A DNA stretch of 42,011 nucleotides from positions 1 to 42,011 of the forward strand of contig CAYGEN010000002.1 of NCBI GenBank assembly GCA_964348955.1. Direction: 5' to 3'. Shown one piece after another: positions 8,094 through 15,783 of the stretch. The notes under the pieces are model-generated. The model was not told the DNA's origin. It did no database searches and was given only the letters and a program-made list of their open reading frames with translations. Numbering within the stretch: the first letter of the stretch is position 1; each line of letters starts with the position of its first letter. The translations under genes and the position numbers were made by a program. Source of the stretch: an uncultured Candidatus Saccharibacteria bacterium. GTDB taxonomy: Bacteria > Patescibacteriota > Minisyncoccia > Phycocordibacterales > 2-01-FULL-51-21.

Positions 8094-8886
8094 ATTGAAT
8101 CGAGCGAGGCGGATGATGCGGCGCTTTGGTGCAAACGAATTGGTACAGGTTCAACAGGTCGCGCGCGTGTTCATAGTTTTCAAATTCAGAGCGTTCTAAT
8201 ATGCGCGTCAATTCCGGAAAGGTGAACGCGGCGCGAAGCGAGGCGAGAGAGTCGTTGTAGAGAAGTGAGCCACGCGCGTGAATGTAAGTATCGCAAATCC
8301 ATAGGGCAATCGCGTCGGTTTTTGGTCGGACGAAGTCAAAAATGAGAAGGGTTCCTCCGGGTTTCAATTTCCGCACGCAGTCATTAATGAGTCGCACTGC
8401 CGCTTCCTCATCTTGCGCATGATGGAGCATTAAACTCAATAAAATAACATCAAAAGATTCCGGGAGTGTTTGGATTTCGTCACTGTGCATTTTTTTCACA
8501 CCCAGATTGACCATACCTTCTTCTCGTATGCGTTTTTCAGCAAGCGCAAGCATGGCGTCCGACCCGTCAATGCCGAGCCACTTGGTCTTTGGGAACGCCG
8601 ATGCCATTTTTGCGGTTAGTATGCAAGGCCCGCAACCTACCTCAAGCGCGGTACCCTCTTCCTCAAACCGAAGTACCCGAGAGAGTTTTGAAAGAATAAG
8701 CGTATACGCGAGGCCATAGTCACTTTCCATAGCACGGAGGTACTCATGAACCCCCAACGGATTCTCCATAATTTCGTCCGCTTCTTTCATGCGCGTATTT
8801 TGTTGCGGTAGAAAATTATTCTTAAGCCCCATAAGCCCCGCGCGGAGTGTCTTATTATAGAGTGCGAAAAATTTCTGCATGTGCAT
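8011..8886 (-). CDS. Class I SAM-dependent methyltransferase
   Basis: LEVGCGPCIL glycine-rich SAM motif, followed by FDVILLSLMLHH and LKPGGTLLIFDF. Confidence 0.8.
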   Translation of the reverse strand: MHMQKFFALYNKTLRAGLMGLKNNFLPQQNTRMKEADEIMENPLGVHEYLRAMESDYGLAYTLILSKLSRVLRFEEEGTALEVGCGPCILTAKMASAFPKTKWLGIDGSDAMLALAEKRIREEGMVNLGVKKMHSDEIQTLPESFDVILLSLMLHHAQDEEAAVRLINDCVRKLKPGGTLLIFDFVRPKTDAIALWICDTYIHARGSLLYNDSLASLRAAFTFPELTRILERSEFENYEHARDLLNLYQFVCTKAPHHPPRSIQSKTIVSRLALLWYRALFFGKMSSRAPR

Positions 8887-8908
8887 GTAAGGAGTATACT
8901 ATATCATT

Positions 8909-10396
8909 CTACGCGCGTGTAAAATAACGACGCATATTATTTCTAAAAAGGAAAGCTCCTAAGGCCAGATACAGCGAGACCATGAGCCATGCGGGGAAAT
9001 AGCTCAAGGAAATGGACGCAAAAGGGAGTGCGGAAAAGAATTCAACAACGTAGAGTTCGTACGCAAGGAACGCGTATGAAATGAAGGCAAACGGCAGTGA
9101 AAGCACGGGCATAATAAAGCCAAACGCGCCGGTTAAAAAGCCAAAAAACATCGTGGCGGGAATGGCGCCGAGAACGAGAAGATTCACCGGCAGACTCACG
9201 ACACTAAATGTTCCGGTTTGATAGAGAAGAAATGGCAATACGAAAAGCTGTGTTGCAATGGTCGCAATTGCCGTCTCGCGCAGTCCCAAATGCTCCGGCA
9301 CAAACCCGAGCCGGCGCTCAATCAGGGGCGAGAAATAGATAAGCCCGAGCGTGGCGAGAAAAGAAAGCTGGAAGGACGGATCAAAGACGAGAATGCGCGG
9401 ATTTTGGAGAAGCATAACGAATCCGGTCAAGATGAGCGCACGCGTAACGTCGGAAGTTCTCCCGGTCGCTCGCGCAAGGAGAACTAAAAGCGCCATCGCG
9501 CCGGCACGCACGGCCGTCGCGGAGGCGCCGACCATAATGACGAAGAGGAAAATGGCAAGCGCGCCGACCGCGATACCGACGCGCTTCCTAAAAAACAAAC
9601 CGAAAAACCACCGCAAGGCATTGGCAACAATCGTTATATTGTAGCCGGAGAGCACCACAATGTGAATGATGCCGACCAAACGAAAGTCATCCAAAAGTTT
9701 TTTTCCGAGCGACTGTTTCGCGCCGATTAAAAGTCCGCCCAAAAGCGCCGCATGCGGTTCTGGGATAACGCGCTCTATGCGCATGAGAAATGCACGCTTG
9801 AGAGAAAAGAGCGCGCGCTTTAACGCACTGCCGTGTCCCGCGGACAGATACGAGACATCGGCGAAGTTTAGTTGATAAAAAATGCCATTTTTCGCCAGGT
9901 AGCCGGGATAGTCAAACACGCGACCGGTTTCTGTTTCAAAGCGCTCGGGTTTTTGAAGCGCCCCTTTAACCGCCACGCGGTCACCATAGCGAAACGTCGG
10001 GTAGCGTGGAGCGCCGACGAGCACTTTTGCCGACGCCGCTTCGCCGTCGGCGAGGTCAACGCCGACGGTAAGAAGCGTCTGATTCTCTCGCACATCCGGC
10101 TCATCAACGACGACGCCTTCGGCTGAAATCGTCCTGCCAACTTTTGCATCAAGCACCGGGCTACCGCGATTGAGGTCGGCGAGGTCAAACCGCAAAAGAC
10201 CAACGCCGACGGAAAACACAGAAAGCGACAAAAAAAGAAGGGTGCGCCTCTTTCCCGAAACTAATCCGGCGATGAATAGCGAAAGACCTAACGTGGACAC
10301 GAATGCCGAAAACGCAAAACCAAAATCAAAAAATGAGCGAAGGAGAACGCCCCCGATAAATCCGCCGATGGCAACATAGAGCCAGCGATTCTGCAT
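8909..10396 (-). CDS. comEC: ComEC/Rec2 DNA-uptake channel (OB/DUF4131-like plus competence membrane domain, no MBL domain)
   Basis: 495-aa polytopic membrane protein. The core LLGGLLIGAKQSL...GIIHIVVLSGYNITIV is typical of the Competence domain. Confidence 0.85.
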   Translation of the reverse strand: MQNRWLYVAIGGFIGGVLLRSFFDFGFAFSAFVSTLGLSLFIAGLVSGKRRTLLFLSLSVFSVGVGLLRFDLADLNRGSPVLDAKVGRTISAEGVVVDEPDVRENQTLLTVGVDLADGEAASAKVLVGAPRYPTFRYGDRVAVKGALQKPERFETETGRVFDYPGYLAKNGIFYQLNFADVSYLSAGHGSALKRALFSLKRAFLMRIERVIPEPHAALLGGLLIGAKQSLGKKLLDDFRLVGIIHIVVLSGYNITIVANALRWFFGLFFRKRVGIAVGALAIFLFVIMVGASATAVRAGAMALLVLLARATGRTSDVTRALILTGFVMLLQNPRILVFDPSFQLSFLATLGLIYFSPLIERRLGFVPEHLGLRETAIATIATQLFVLPFLLYQTGTFSVVSLPVNLLVLGAIPATMFFGFLTGAFGFIMPVLSLPFAFISYAFLAYELYVVEFFSALPFASISLSYFPAWLMVSLYLALGAFLFRNNMRRYFTRA

Positions 10397-10451
10397 GGAC
10401 TTGCGTGTACAAAAAAATCAGGCGATATATCGCGCTATTATTGATTGGTCT

Positions 10452-10880
10452 TTACCGCCCCTCACCATCCATCGCCTTGTTGGCGAGGCGGTCCGCCTCC
10501 TTGTTTCGCTCACGCGGCACATGCACAAAGGAAAGATGCTGAAACACGCTCACGCGGAGATTGTGCACCTTAATAAATTGCGGGAAGAGCGTCGGTTCTT
10601 TAATTTGGTAGATATCGGAAAGTTGGCGCGCGATAAGCTCGCTGTCCAAGCGAACTTCAACGACAAGGTTTTTACACACCGACGCGCCAAAAAGTTTCTT
10701 CACTCCCTCAAGTCCCTGAATAACCGCTTCATATTCGGCGAAGTTGTTGGTTTGGCGTCCAAGAAATTTTGAAATTTCTTTCAGCACCTTCCCGCGCTCG
10801 TCTTGAATGACCACGCCCAGGCCGGAGGGCCCCGGATTTCCGCGTGCGCCGCCGTCCGTGTACAGCACTACTTTTTGCAT
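10452..10880 (-). CDS. rnhA: Ribonuclease HI
   Basis: MQKVVLYTDGGARGNPGPSGLGVV...NNFAEYEAVIQGL...ERNKEADRLAN. Start at the internal ATG 10880, with TATACT 7 nt upstream. Confidence 0.85.
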   Translation of the reverse strand: MQKVVLYTDGGARGNPGPSGLGVVIQDERGKVLKEISKFLGRQTNNFAEYEAVIQGLEGVKKLFGASVCKNLVVEVRLDSELIARQLSDIYQIKEPTLFPQFIKVHNLRVSVFQHLSFVHVPRERNKEADRLANKAMDGEGR

Positions 10881-10937
10881 ACGCTTTAGTATACTCCACA
10901 AAAAACGCACGGCGGCAGGTTGATACCTGCGGGTAAC

Positions 10938-10983
10938 CCCCCGTACGAATAACTCTTCTGTTGCCGAGTTATTCGTACGGGGG
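10938..10983. other. 18-bp perfect hairpin in the divergent rnhA / pilin-operon intergenic region
   Basis: cccccgtacgaataactc (10938-10955) and gagttattcgtacggggg (10966-10983) with a 10-nt loop. No flanking T-run. Confidence 0.85.
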
Positions 10984-11162
10984 TGGGAAATACGAAAATG
11001 CGGCACACCCTTGGAGAGTGGGCGTGGCAAGGCCGCGGATGAATGCGGTTAAAAATGTCAAACATTAAACACGCCGTGCATTGAAGTGCGTAATTAACAC
11101 TTTAGGACGGCGCGCAAGAAAGCAGGGCATCGGGTTTGGTAGTATACTGGTAAAAATGCTCC

Positions 11163-12959
11163 ATGCAATCTAGACACTATCGCGCCGGTTATACGCTCCT
11201 TGAGGTACTTATCGCCATGCTCATCTTGGCGTTAGTTTCGGTGGCGCTGTTCCAAAGTTATGGGAGCATCGTTACCGTCATCAAGGCGGCGCGCGTAAAA
11301 TCTATCGCGACCAATCTGGCGAATGAACAGTTTGAAATCGCTCGCAACCTGCCCTTTGACGCCGTCGGTATCGTAAACGGTATTCCCCCGGGGCTTTTGG
11401 TACACGAACAAACCGTCCCCCGAGATGGTTTTAACTTTGAAGTCATAACAACCATACGCAATGTTGACGACCCGTTTGACGGCACCATCGGCAGTACGAC
11501 AAACAAGGACCTCGCGCCGGCAGACTACCGTCTGGTCGAAATCAACATCGGTTGCGCAACCTGCGTGCCGCCGCTTCTGCCTATCACGCTTACCAGCACC
11601 ATCGGCCCGCGCAATCTTGAAACGACCTCTAACAACGGCGCGCTTTTTGTGAATGTTTTTGATGCCACAGGGCTTCCGGTCGTGGGCGCCGATGTGCACA
11701 TTGAAAACAACACCCTCACTCCCCCCATCATCATTGACGACATCACTAACGCAAAAGGTGAACTGCAAATCGTCGACGTGCCGCCTGGCGCGGGTGCGTA
11801 CGCCATTTCGGTCTCAAAATCCGGCTACTCATCAGAACGCACATATCCAACCGGAGACCCCGACAATCCAAACCCCGTGAAGCAAGATGCCACGGTCGCT
11901 ATACAGGAACTTACCAACACCAGTTTTGCCATTGATGTTACGAGCGCGCTCAATGTGACAAGCTCAAACAACACCTGCGAAGCTATCGGCGATATTGACT
12001 TCAAGTTGAGCGGCACGAAACTCATCGGTACCAGCCCTGACATCCTGAAGTACACAAGCAACAATGCCACGAACGCGCAAGGGACGTTGAATGTACCAAT
12101 TCTTGAATGGGACGCCTACGCGCTTTCGCTCACCGACGCGGGGTACGACTTAGCCGGTTCCATTCCGTCCTTGCCGCTTGCGCTTAATCCGGGCGTCTCA
12201 CAGGATATGCGGCTTATCGCGGTGCCAAAAAATCCGAAGGGCCTCTTGGTAACCGTGAAGGACACCGCAACAGGTCTGCCGATTTCGAGCGCCGATGTAT
12301 CGCTGTCCGCCGGTCCACTTTTCCAGGTGGCGACCACCGGTCGCGGATTTCTTTCCCAGACGGATTGGTCGGGCGGTAGCGGGCAAGCCGACTTTATAGA
12401 CAAAACCCGCTATTTAAGTTCAAACGGCAACGTTGACACGACCAGTTCGCCGGGCGATCTGTATTTGAGCTTCTTTGCCGGCGAATACCAGCCAAACGGC
12501 ACGCTCATCTCGTCTTCTTTTGATACCGGCGCGGAAAGCAATTTTGCGCAATTATCTTGGGAGCCGCAAAGTCAGCCCCAAGATACCGGCGCGGACAGCG
12601 TAAAACTGCAACTCGCCACCAATACCGATAACGCAACGTGGAACTTCATCGGCCCCGACGGCACCGCGGGCACGTATTACACGCTCGCGGACAAAAACAT
12701 CAGCAGTGCCCACAACGGCAACCGCTATCTGCGCTACCAACTCTACATGAATTCGGCAAGCACCACGTTTACGCCGACCGTTTCCGATATCACCTTTACC
12801 TTTTCCTCCGACTGCATTCCCTCCGGCCAAACTTTTTTCTCCGGACTCTCCACCAACGATTACACGCTTACGGTAGAAAAGAGCGGCTACCAAATATATA
12901 GCGGCACGGTCACGGTCGCCGCGCCATGGCAGGAAGCGGTGGTTAATTTAACGCCATAA
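11163..12959 (+). CDS. Large prepilin-type (pseudopilin) protein with CarboxypepD_reg-like beta-sandwich repeats
   Basis: The N-terminus RAG/YTLLEVLIAMLILALVSVALF is a class III prepilin signal with Glu at +5. Repeats such as VNVFDATGLPVVGADVHIENN and LLVTVKDTATGLPISSADVSLS are present. Confidence 0.8.
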   Translation: MQSRHYRAGYTLLEVLIAMLILALVSVALFQSYGSIVTVIKAARVKSIATNLANEQFEIARNLPFDAVGIVNGIPPGLLVHEQTVPRDGFNFEVITTIRNVDDPFDGTIGSTTNKDLAPADYRLVEINIGCATCVPPLLPITLTSTIGPRNLETTSNNGALFVNVFDATGLPVVGADVHIENNTLTPPIIIDDITNAKGELQIVDVPPGAGAYAISVSKSGYSSERTYPTGDPDNPNPVKQDATVAIQELTNTSFAIDVTSALNVTSSNNTCEAIGDIDFKLSGTKLIGTSPDILKYTSNNATNAQGTLNVPILEWDAYALSLTDAGYDLAGSIPSLPLALNPGVSQDMRLIAVPKNPKGLLVTVKDTATGLPISSADVSLSAGPLFQVATTGRGFLSQTDWSGGSGQADFIDKTRYLSSNGNVDTTSSPGDLYLSFFAGEYQPNGTLISSSFDTGAESNFAQLSWEPQSQPQDTGADSVKLQLATNTDNATWNFIGPDGTAGTYYTLADKNISSAHNGNRYLRYQLYMNSASTTFTPTVSDITFTFSSDCIPSGQTFFSGLSTNDYTLTVEKSGYQIYSGTVTVAAPWQEAVVNLTP

Positions 12960-13579
12960 TGCGGTCTGTGGCACACAACAATTTCTCGCGGGGCATGTCG
13001 CTCATGGAAGTGTTTATAGGAATGGCTATCGCCACACTCATTTTAGCCGGCCTATGGGCCATTCAGAAAAACTTTACGTCGTCCAATACCTTTTTGGAAA
13101 AAAGCCTGCGTGCCCAGGAAGAGGTGCGGCGCACATTTAAAATGATGGTCACGGAGATACGCTCCGCATCCGGCTCAAATACCGGCACCTACGCCGTAGA
13201 GCAAGCGAGCAGTACCTCCTTTATCTTTTACGGCGACATCGACGACGATGTGCTCAAAGAGCGCGTGCACTATTATTTGGACGGCACGACTCTCAAAAAG
13301 GGGGTGGTTAAACCAACCGGCACGCCTCTTTCCTACAATCTTGCCTCGGAGTCGGTCTCGGAAGTGCTTCACAATATAGATAACGGCATAGTGCCGCTTT
13401 TCAGTTTCTACGATATTTCTTACGCAGGCACCAGTTCTCCCCTTGTTGAGCCGGTAAACATCGCTTCTATCCGTCTGGTAAAAATAACCGCCAAAAGCGA
13501 CGAGGACGCTGCCAAGCCGCCCGGTCCAATCACTTTCACAACACAAGTGACTATTCGGAATCTGAAAGACAACTTATGA
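12959..13579 (+). CDS. Prepilin-type N-terminal cleavage/methylation domain protein (minor pilin-like)
   Basis: SRG/MSLMEVFIGMAIATLILAGLW. The start overlaps the upstream stop (TAATG). Confidence 0.75.
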   Translation: MRSVAHNNFSRGMSLMEVFIGMAIATLILAGLWAIQKNFTSSNTFLEKSLRAQEEVRRTFKMMVTEIRSASGSNTGTYAVEQASSTSFIFYGDIDDDVLKERVHYYLDGTTLKKGVVKPTGTPLSYNLASESVSEVLHNIDNGIVPLFSFYDISYAGTSSPLVEPVNIASIRLVKITAKSDEDAAKPPGPITFTTQVTIRNLKDNL

Positions 13580-15021
13580 AAAACGCAAAACACGGACAGC
13601 TTTTGATACAGGTATTGGTGTGGAGTGCTATCGCCGCCATTTTCGTAAGCGGTTTTGTCTCCTGGGCGGCCATCAATCTCAAAGCGGCGCGTACCGTCGT
13701 TGCGCGCGAGCAGGCGATACAAATTGCCGAAGCGGGCATTGACTACTATCGCTGGCATCTCGCCCATGCGCCTACCGATTACAAAGATGGAACCGGTGCG
13801 CCCGGCCCCTACCCTCATCTCTACTACGATAAGGACGGCAAAGTGCTCGGTTCTTTTACGCTCGCTATCACGGCGCCGCCGCTTGGCTCGTCGCTCGTAA
13901 CCATTCGCTCAACCGGTGTGGCAAGCTCAAGCGAAGGCGTATCGCGCGCCATTGAGGCGAAATTCGCCAAACCGTCATTTGCAAAATACGCGGTCGCGGC
14001 AAACGACGCTATGCGTTTCGGCGCCGGTACCGAGATATTCGGACCCATTCACTCAAACAACGGGGTGCGCTTTGACGGCATCGCGCACAACCTTGTTACG
14101 AGCGCCATGGCTAATTATGACGACCCCGACCACAGTGGCGCAGATGAATTTGGAGTCCATACACACGTTAATCCGCCGCCCGGCTCCGGTATTAACGACA
14201 CCTTCCGAGCAAATGAGGCCCTGCCAAACCCCACACCAACGCGAAGTGACGTATTTTGGGCGGGACGGCAATTCCCCGTTCCGGCGATAGACTTTGCGGG
14301 TATTACCGCCGACCTCTCGCAGATGCGCACCGATGCGCAGGCGAACGGTTTTTATCGCACTTCCTCCGGCGCGCTTGGCTACCTCGTCGTTCTCAAGACC
14401 AATGATACCTTTGATTTGTATAAAGTTACGAGTCTGGTCAATCCGCCGAGTCAGTGCTCCAACACGCTGAATCAGTTGGGCTGGGGCACCTGGAGCGTCA
14501 ACAACAAAACGCTTCTCGGCAACTATGCCCTCCCGAACAACGGCGTCATCTTTCTTGAGGACCACACCTTTGTTGAGGGGAAGATTACGACGGCACGCGT
14601 CACTATTGCCGCGGCAACATTTCCCGACAACCCGGCGACGCGGAAAAGTATTACGGTCAATCATAATCTTCTCTACACTACCTACGACGGGCAGGATGTG
14701 ATATCCCTTATCGCTCAACAAAACATCAATGTCGGTTTTGTGAGTGATGACACGCTCCGGATTGACGGCGCGCTCATCGCGCAAAGCGGCAGAGTGGGTC
14801 GGTACTACTACTCAAATAAATGCACCACATACTATGTGCGCAACACCATCACCCTCTACGGGATGATCGGCACAAATCAGCGCTACGGCTTCGCCTATAC
14901 GAACGGCACCGGCTACGGGATTCGAAATATCAACTACGACGCCAATCTTCTTTACGCGCCGCCGCCGAGCTTCCCCCTTACGTCGGACCAGTACGAGATT
15001 GTTTCGTGGGAAGAAATGTAA
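13576..15021 (+). CDS. PilX-like / pilus-associated large protein with an N-terminal hydrophobic helix
   Basis: KHGQLLIQVLVWSAIAAIFVSGFVSWAAI is an N-terminal helix without the +5 Glu. It overlaps the upstream gene by 4 nt (ATGA). Confidence 0.6.
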   Translation: MKNAKHGQLLIQVLVWSAIAAIFVSGFVSWAAINLKAARTVVAREQAIQIAEAGIDYYRWHLAHAPTDYKDGTGAPGPYPHLYYDKDGKVLGSFTLAITAPPLGSSLVTIRSTGVASSSEGVSRAIEAKFAKPSFAKYAVAANDAMRFGAGTEIFGPIHSNNGVRFDGIAHNLVTSAMANYDDPDHSGADEFGVHTHVNPPPGSGINDTFRANEALPNPTPTRSDVFWAGRQFPVPAIDFAGITADLSQMRTDAQANGFYRTSSGALGYLVVLKTNDTFDLYKVTSLVNPPSQCSNTLNQLGWGTWSVNNKTLLGNYALPNNGVIFLEDHTFVEGKITTARVTIAAATFPDNPATRKSITVNHNLLYTTYDGQDVISLIAQQNINVGFVSDDTLRIDGALIAQSGRVGRYYYSNKCTTYYVRNTITLYGMIGTNQRYGFAYTNGTGYGIRNINYDANLLYAPPPSFPLTSDQYEIVSWEEM

Positions 15022-15041
15022 TCCCCTGCAATGCAATCCAC

Positions 15042-15077
15042 GCGAATAAGTGTACGATATATCGTACACTTATTCGC
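15042..15077. terminator. 36-nt perfect palindrome 3' of the pilin operon
   Basis: gcgaataagtgtacgata|tatcgtacacttattcgc. An outer extension atccac (15036-15041) pairs with gtggat (15087-15092). No T-run, so its function is uncertain. Confidence 0.45.
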
Positions 15078-15173
15078 CTTAGTTGCGTGGATGCCGATAT
15101 CCCAACCAAGTATGGAGCTCTCCGACTCAATTCAAATAACAATGTATTCCTTCGCGCTACGATAGCCACACTC

Positions 15174-15212
15174 AAAAAAACGACCCGCCACAAAGCGGGT
15201 CGTTGAGTTTTT
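15174..15212. terminator. Bidirectional intrinsic terminator
   Basis: aaaaaaa-cgacccgc-cacaaa-gcgggtcg-ttgagttttt, located between the convergent pilin operon and the 15223 gene. Confidence 0.6.
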
Positions 15213-15222
15213 GAATATGGCG

Positions 15223-15720
15223 CTACGGAAGCAGTGTTATTTCAGCTTTCTGAGTGATTTGCCCAATTTGGCACAACCCATCAAATTTCATCAGCTTGCG
15301 CCAGCCGATTGGGGCGCAAATCACCACCTCGGTCTCACGGTTAATTCTTGTCTCGTTTCCTTCAGCATCCAGTGGAACCGCAACCAATTCCACCCTTTCT
15401 TTGGGTACCCATCTGTTCAGCTTCCGCCGAACTGAAATGGTCTGCCTGATCGAAGACCCCAGCTGAAGAGGACGATTCTTACCCAGCGCCACCTCGCTTA
15501 GCAACCTGACTTCAAACGATCCAACACCTCCTATCCGCGCCGCCTCGAGCGCCACTTGCATGCGCTGGCATGCTGGTCGGTGATTTTTGGATTCTCTGAA
15601 AACAATTTGCACCGCTTTTTTCTTTTTCGGCGTTCTCCGCTTTCTTGGCTTTCTTGGTTCTTTCGGCGACCCTCCCCCCGTCAACATATACAGAGATTGT
15701 TCGAGTATAGACGGAAACAT
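15223..15720 (-). CDS. Hypothetical protein with a Lys/Arg/Pro-rich N-terminal region
   Basis: ORF 15223..15768. ATG 15720 is preferred because AAGGGGGTG (SD-like) lies 5 nt upstream. I recognise no family. Confidence 0.5.
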   Translation of the reverse strand: MFPSILEQSLYMLTGGGSPKEPRKPRKRRTPKKKKAVQIVFRESKNHRPACQRMQVALEAARIGGVGSFEVRLLSEVALGKNRPLQLGSSIRQTISVRRKLNRWVPKERVELVAVPLDAEGNETRINRETEVVICAPIGWRKLMKFDGLCQIGQITQKAEITLLP

Positions 15721-15783
15721 ACCCACCCCCTTCTTTGTACAATTACCTATCCTCTGACAGATTATCAAATCGTAATGAATTTG

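Noticed and set aside
10942-10950. Recurring GTACGAAT/ATTCGTAC core shared by unrelated hairpins (10938-10983, 29459-29496, 32347-32388, related TACGA at 15042-15077 and 22961-23050) as a common protein-binding motif
   Set aside because: The shared core is only 8-9 nt, and the flanking arms differ completely. With so few instances, chance or compositional bias cannot be excluded without a genome-wide count.
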